The notes under the pieces were generated by a model. That model was not told the DNA's origin and did no database searches. It worked only from the letters and a program-made list of their open reading frames with translations. From the NCBI GenBank assembly GCA_964016885.1, contig OZ024749.1, positions 51,398,001 through 51,462,000 of the forward strand: a DNA stretch of 64,000 nt, written 5' to 3'. Source of the DNA: Eledone cirrhosa (lineage: Eukaryota). How positions within the stretch are numbered: the stretch's first letter is position 1; each line of letters opens with the position of its first letter. Shown piece by piece: positions 57,501 through 64,000 of this stretch. A program made the translations under genes and the position numbers.

Positions 57501-57951
57501 TTGACTGAAAAAAAAAATTAATGAACAATTTTAAAAAGGATTAGTAAGAAAGCAAAGAGGTAAATCCCCAAATATAAAACAAAAAAAAAAATCAGAAAGG
57601 AATGAAATGAGTAAATAAAGGGATTGAATAAACCATATTGTCAGTTAATTTCCTATGTGTTAATCAAATTAAGTTAATGTCTTGTCTTCATAGACAGATG
57701 TCATGAGCAGCTATGAAAGATTTTGTAAACACGTGTCAAAAAAGTATCAACAAATCTTGTAAACTGTGTCTCAAGTTAACTTAAACGTATAGACAAGAAA
57801 TCCATAGTTAATGTAAATATAACAGACATTTCACATTTACTTTATTATTTTATTTTGTTTTGTTTTATCACTTCTGGAACCCTCCTCCCACCCCTCCCGG
57901 TCATATTTACGACCATGAAACCATTTGGTAATGCAAAAATAAGTTGAATTG

Positions 57952-57959
57952 TTTATATA

Positions 57960-58015
<56 letters not shown>

Positions 58016-58073
58016 GGTTTGTATGTATATATATATGTATATATATATATAGGTTTGTATGTATATATATATG

Positions 58074-58107
<34 letters not shown>

Positions 58108-58117
58108 TATATGTTTG

Positions 58118-58154
<37 letters not shown>

Positions 58155-58159
58155 GTTTG

Positions 58160-58199
<40 letters not shown>

Positions 58200-58209
58200 T
58201 ATAGGTTTG

Positions 58210-58250
<41 letters not shown>

Positions 58251-58259
58251 GTTTGTATG

Positions 58260-58293
<34 letters not shown>

Positions 58294-58301
58294 TAGGTTT
58301 G

Positions 58302-58335
<34 letters not shown>

Positions 58336-58341
58336 GGTTTG

Positions 58342-58375
<34 letters not shown>

Positions 58376-58383
58376 TAGGTTTG

Positions 58384-58417
<34 letters not shown>

Positions 58418-58427
58418 GGTTTGTATG

Positions 58428-58458
<31 letters not shown>

Positions 58459-58465
58459 GTGTATG

Positions 58466-58496
<31 letters not shown>

Positions 58497-58785
58497 GTGT
58501 GTGTATATATACATATATGTATATATATATATATGTGTGTGTATATATACATATATGTATGTATATATATATATGTGTGTGTGTATATTACATATATGTA
58601 TGTATATATATATATATATGTGTGTGTGTATATATACATATATATATGTATGTATATATATATATATATAAATTTATATATGTATGTGTATGTATATATA
58701 TATATATATAAATTTATATATGTATGTGTGTGTATAAATATGCATATATATAGATATAGATATATGTAAGTGTATGTATATATAA
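57952..58785. repeat. Long (TA)n array with ggtttg/gtttg interruptions
   Basis: Seen directly. Confidence 0.95.
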
Positions 58786-59469
58786 ATCTACCACTATCCA
58801 GTTCATTTATTATGTGTGTGTGTGTATAAATATGTGTATATATAGATAGATAGATAGATAGATAGATATGTATATATATGTGTGTGTGTGTGTGTATGTA
58901 TATCATCATCTTCGTTTAACATCTATTTTTCCACACTGGCATGGGTTATATATATATATATATATATACACACACATAGATATATAGATAGATAGATAAA
59001 TCTCATATATAGGCATGTGTGTATTGTTTTAAATATGCTCTGTTGATTGAACTGGCTCATGTCTTGTTCTAATTCCATTTCCTAAGTATTTTCATGCAAT
59101 TGTAAAACTGAAGTCTTTGTGTTGTTTCCTTTGAATTATTTTGATACAACATAGTATAAGAGGAACATTTACAAAGTGAGGTCAAAGAAGGTGTACTCAG
59201 ATAATTAAAGCAAAGAAAAAAAAAAAGATTAAAATAAGGGTAAAAAGATAAAAAAAATATATAAACAAACAAATAAATAATTAATTAATTTTTTTTTTTT
59301 TTGTTATATTTAAACCAGTTATGACTGTCTGACATTTTCTTGACATTGATTGCAATGTTAAATTTTAAAGTTTATTGCTTTTATTTGCTTGTGTCATGAT
59401 GGCAGATGGTATATCACCATCATCATCATCGTTATCATCGTCATCATCATCATCATCATCATCATCGTT

Positions 59470-59521
<52 letters not shown>

Positions 59522-59634
59522 CTGATTAACAAAAAAATAGATACTATTTTGCAGTGAGTTTCCTAGACATAAATAATGTCAAATACATAAATATCCCAGT
59601 TTTATTGGTTCTCCTTGGCCCTTGGGTGGTAGAC

Positions 59635-59863
59635 TTAACCCTTTAGCATTTACATTACTTTATATATACTATTATATTTTCACGGTAAAGGCTTTACCTT
59701 ACATAATTATCTCACATAATATCGAATCTACGAGATTTTGATATTATTTATTTTGAGAACACTACCTTAATGTCAGTATGAGTGGCCGGTTAAATCCGGT
59801 TTTAACAGAAAGAGGTGATAGAATTCTGGCCAGATACAACTGGTTTAAATGCTAATGGGTTAA
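59635..59863. mobile_element. piggyBac-like MITE
   Basis: Same family with TTAA TSDs. Confidence 0.85.
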
Positions 59864-61994
59864 TCCATCATGGTGTTGTTGTTGTCATTCACACTCAGTC
59901 TGTTTGTGGTGTCCCCTCTCATATTTTCTGTCTGCATTAGCTTCTCAAGTGACAAATAACTGCAGAAGCTACTAGAAATATACAAAGGGGCATTTCTTAG
60001 GGTAAACTGTGATGAGAAAGAAATCAGTGTCAGCATATACATACAGATGATGTCATCATAATGATGTCAGACATCATAGAAGTGGAAGAGGATGTAGATG
60101 TGGTTGTGGTTGGCACCATTTTAAAGAGATACAAGAATACAAGACTACGTACCCAGGCTGGGGATTATTGATATAGTAAGCCATGACAGACTAGGGGAAG
60201 TATATAATACTTCTCACAGTTGAGAAGAACATAAGGTATGATAGACAGTGAATATAAAGGCTTGATAAGTGAAAATAAAAAGGAAAAGGAAAATGTTTAA
60301 ATAGGGAAGGCCAACAAGAGGAAGAATAAGTATAAGAGAAGAAAAATTGAAAAGGAAAAGAAGGGAAGCTGTAAAGATGCTAGAAGTTTCTGTAGTTGAA
60401 TCTTTTCATAATGGAGACTTCTAGTGTCCTTGAGCCTGGTTATATGATACAAAGCTGTTTATTTTAATGGGTTTATTATATTTATCTAAAAAAAATCTTT
60501 TATCATAATTTTACACAAAATCCTTTCTTAAGTTATGCTCCAGTTTAATTTAATTTTAACATATGCTACCCCGAAAAAAAAATATTCAAAGATATACAAC
60601 GAACCTGCATAAAAAAAAACAGGATGCTAGATGAGAATAATGAATTGGTTACAAACTTTTACCAAATATTTTTGATAAAAGTTTGAATATTTACAACACA
60701 GGTGGGCAGTGAAAACATTTTCCCCTGTGAAAGTGGGCCATGATGCAAAAAAGGTTGGGAAACCCTACGTATTCCCTTTATAAGCCAGTTTCTGCCACTA
60801 TGGTCTTGCTCCCTTTGCCTAAAAATGTAGGGAGTACCTTAAGTGTTAAAAGCTACCATGACAGCTACGGATGACAGAAGTTACAATTTCTTAAAGAAAT
60901 CTAATAACTTTATATTCTTCTTCTTTGTCCACTTATTCCTGGGAGGGTTGTAAGGGGAAAGGCCTCAAGTATTCCTTCCAGCAGGTCATGTCAGAAGCAA
61001 CCAACTCTAATTGATCTGGCTGGCTGGGTCCCCAATCAAGACCATAACATCATATTAACCCTCTCGTTACCTCAATTCTAACGAAATATTTTGTATTTTA
61101 ATTAATTAATGAAGAAATTTTGGGAGGATTTACTAAAATTGCAAAGAGTACTCAATATATTAGGAGAGAAGATAGAAATATATTTCAGATATCTTCTACA
61201 GGACAAAAACGGTTTCATTCATTAGAAATCATCAGGATCAGATGGTTTCAAATCAATAAAACAATTCTTGTCCTGCAGAAGTCATTTCTATATAAACTAA
61301 ATTTGTGTGTGCGTGTAAGCGTATATATGAGTGTGTGTATATGTGTACACGTATGTGTGTGTGTATATATGTGTGTGTGTACACGTGTGTGTGTGTGTGT
61401 GTGTACACGTGTGTGTGTGTATGTGTGTACACGTGTGTGTGTGTATGTGTGTACACGTGTGTGTGTGTATGTGTGTACACGTGTGTGTGTATATGGGTGA
61501 CACGTGTGTGTGTGTGTATGTAGACATGTGTGTGTATGTGTGTACACGTGTGTGTGTTTTGTGTTATATATGTCTTTCTAAAAACTTTTTTTGCATTCTT
61601 GATAGTGCATGAGTAACCATGTCCATTGGTAACAGATTTTGAAGACAGTGTTTTAAAAAACATCTGTAGAGATATGTAGAATGCAGAATTACATTGCAGA
61701 TCTTTGATTGGTTAAATTTTGCTGCATTGCATAACATTCTGCAACTAGATTCCACTCATCTACACTGTATTGTTTTCTTTTGTTTAGTTTTATGTTTTTG
61801 GTTTGTTTTGTTGTTCTTATACATAACTTTTCCCATATGTGGTAAGAAACATGAGACCATAAATTCAGGTTAATTAAAAAAAATATTTGTATTATTAGTT
61901 TAATATTTCTAAGTCATTTTTTTTATTATTATTTTTTATTTATTTTTTGTTTACTTTAATTACAATAACTGATAAAGTTTTCATCTATATTTAT

Positions 61995-63098
61995 CGCCGA
62001 GGTTAACTTTACTTTTCATCCTTAAGGAGTCGATAAAATAAAGTACCAGTAATGCACTGGGGTTGAATTACTCAACTTTCCCCCTTCCCTCTCCCAAATT
62101 ACTGGCCATGTGCATATAGTATAAATTATTATTATTATGAGTTCAAATCCCGTCGAGGTTAACTTTGCCTTTCATCCTTACGGGGTCGATAAAATAAAGT
62201 ACCAGTAATACACTGGGATAATTGCTGGCCTTGTGCCAAAAGTAGAAACAATTATTTCTATAGAATCTGTTTATTTATTTATTTATTTATTAAAATAACA
62301 GATTAAAGTTTAAGATTAAGATTTTAGTCTTCAAATTTTTATTATTACTATATATATAATATATATATAATATATATAATGTATAATGCATATGTGTGTA
62401 TATATATCAACATCATTATCATTACCATTTAACGTCCATTTTTTCAATACTAGCATGAGTTAGACGAGTTTGCCCATTGTGAGACAAGTCAGATAAGGTG
62501 ACCATGTCTTGCTCAGGCAGAACCGTTTCTGGCTTGGTTTCTATGGCTGGATGCCCTTCAAAATACCAACTACATTTACAGTGTGTACTTGGTGCTTTTT
62601 GTCATGGCACCAAAATGACCGATTGACAGGTTGGACTAGGTGCTTTTTCTCTCTCAAATTGTTGGCCTTGTGTCTCAATCAGAAACCATTGTTTATTACG
62701 GCAGTGGATTAGCAGACAATATGATTTGTGGCATAGAGTCTCAGCTCTTTATGCTCTGAGTTTAAATCCCACCGAAGTTAGCTTTGCCTTTCATCCTTAC
62801 AGGGTTGATAAAATAAAGTACCAGTAACATACTGGAGTCGATTTAATCAACTTCCCCTCCTACCAAAATTGTTGGCCTTTTGCTTAAATCAGAAACCATT
62901 ATTTACGGGTGGTGGCTTGGCAGTATCGGTAGAGGGTCGGACGCCATGCTTTCCAGCATAGTTATGTCCCTTTGCGGTCTGAGTTCAAATCCCACCGAGG
63001 TTAACTTTGCCTTTCATCCTTACGGGGTCGATAAAATAAAGTACCAGTAATGCACTGGGTAATTGATGGCCTTGTGCCAAAAGTAGAAACAATTATTT
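61995..63098 (+). mobile_element. SINE family 1 cluster (4 copies) with an RTE-tailed SINE on minus at ~62410-62650
   Basis: Repeated consensus matches. Confidence 0.75.
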
Positions 63099-63779
63099 AC
63101 TCTGAAGAATTTATATGAATATTAAGATGAAAGTCAGAACCAATTACCAAAGTATTGTTGGTTAGTAAATTGTGTAACAATTGGTAAAATACAGGATATT
63201 TTGACATCAGACAGGAAGACAAAGAATTAAGTTGACAAATGTAAATTCAAAGGTCACATATTACACCAAGTCAAGTATCATTATAAAACAAATTGATACA
63301 ATACAAGGAAATAAATTTAAGACTCATCACCTATAATTATTTTATAGCAGAGATCAGCCCTTCAAATTCTACATAAATAAGATTTGGATATTTGCTCATT
63401 TCTCAGACATAAAATAGTGGGGTCAGGTATAAATAAATGGTAAGTCCCAAACTTGGTCCTACTGTGTGGCATCTTGGACAAGTGTCAGTTACCATAACCT
63501 CGGGTCAATTCATACCTTATGAATGAAGTTTGGGTAGACAGAAACTGTTCGGAAGCCTATCAGATGGACTGTGCTTGTAATTCAAAGAGCCAGTCTTGTG
63601 TCATGCTGAATCTCCCTGAAAATTTCATTAAGAGTACACATATGTCTGTGGAATGTTCAGCCACTTACACATTAATTCCATGAGCAAGCTGTTCTGCTAA
63701 TCAAACAACAGGTACACTCCTCACCAAAACCAACAGAGGCCCCTTCCAAGAGTGAATCCATAAAAGTCATTAATTAAAT

Positions 63780-63992
63780 ATTTCTAGTATAGGCACAAGG
63801 CCAGTAATTTGGGGGAGGGGAAAGTCGATTGAATCGACCCCTGTACGTTACTGGTGCTTTATTTTATCGACCAGTAAGGATGAAAAGCAAAGTTAACCTC
63901 AGCAGGATTTGAACTCAGACCGTAAAGGACCGTAACTCTATGCTGCAAAGCATGGTGGCTGACTCTCTACTGATACTGCCAATCCACTGCCC
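63780..63992 (-). mobile_element. SINE family 1 copy (long variant)
   Basis: Reverse complement of the consensus with the gatttaatcgacttccc insert. Confidence 0.8.
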
Positions 63993-64000
63993 TCATACCA

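Overview
Eukaryotic, AT-rich, repeat-dominated genomic DNA. The SINE families, RTE/CR1 fragments and very long (TA)n/(CA)n/(GAT)n tracts look like an octopod cephalopod (inference). Almost all listed ORFs are microsatellite artefacts. Likely host-gene signal is limited to a CpG-retaining, TE-poor island at ~28.9-31.7 kb that looks like a divergent promoter: a minus-strand first exon encodes a signal-peptide-like MDGKPLAKCFVSSILLILLAVRFEETEA, and a plus-strand 5' exon ends at GTAAGT. The rest is probably long introns. The most striking content is a set of different short (~150-500 bp) non-coding elements embedded in (TA)n tracts. They carry hammerhead-ribozyme (HHR) motifs, are built as inverted/fold-back repeats, and share a downstream (T/G)GAGT(A/G)C-like motif, resembling Penelope-like pseudo-LTR/retrozyme-type elements. 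One has a fully foldable type I HHR on both strands (13.0-13.5 kb). A young 4-copy family is a hairpin folded back exactly at HHR stem II. Also present: a 5S-rRNA-headed SINE3-like element, tRNA-SINEs, mariner/piggyBac/pogo MITEs, nested insertions, several minisatellites and a 200-N gap.
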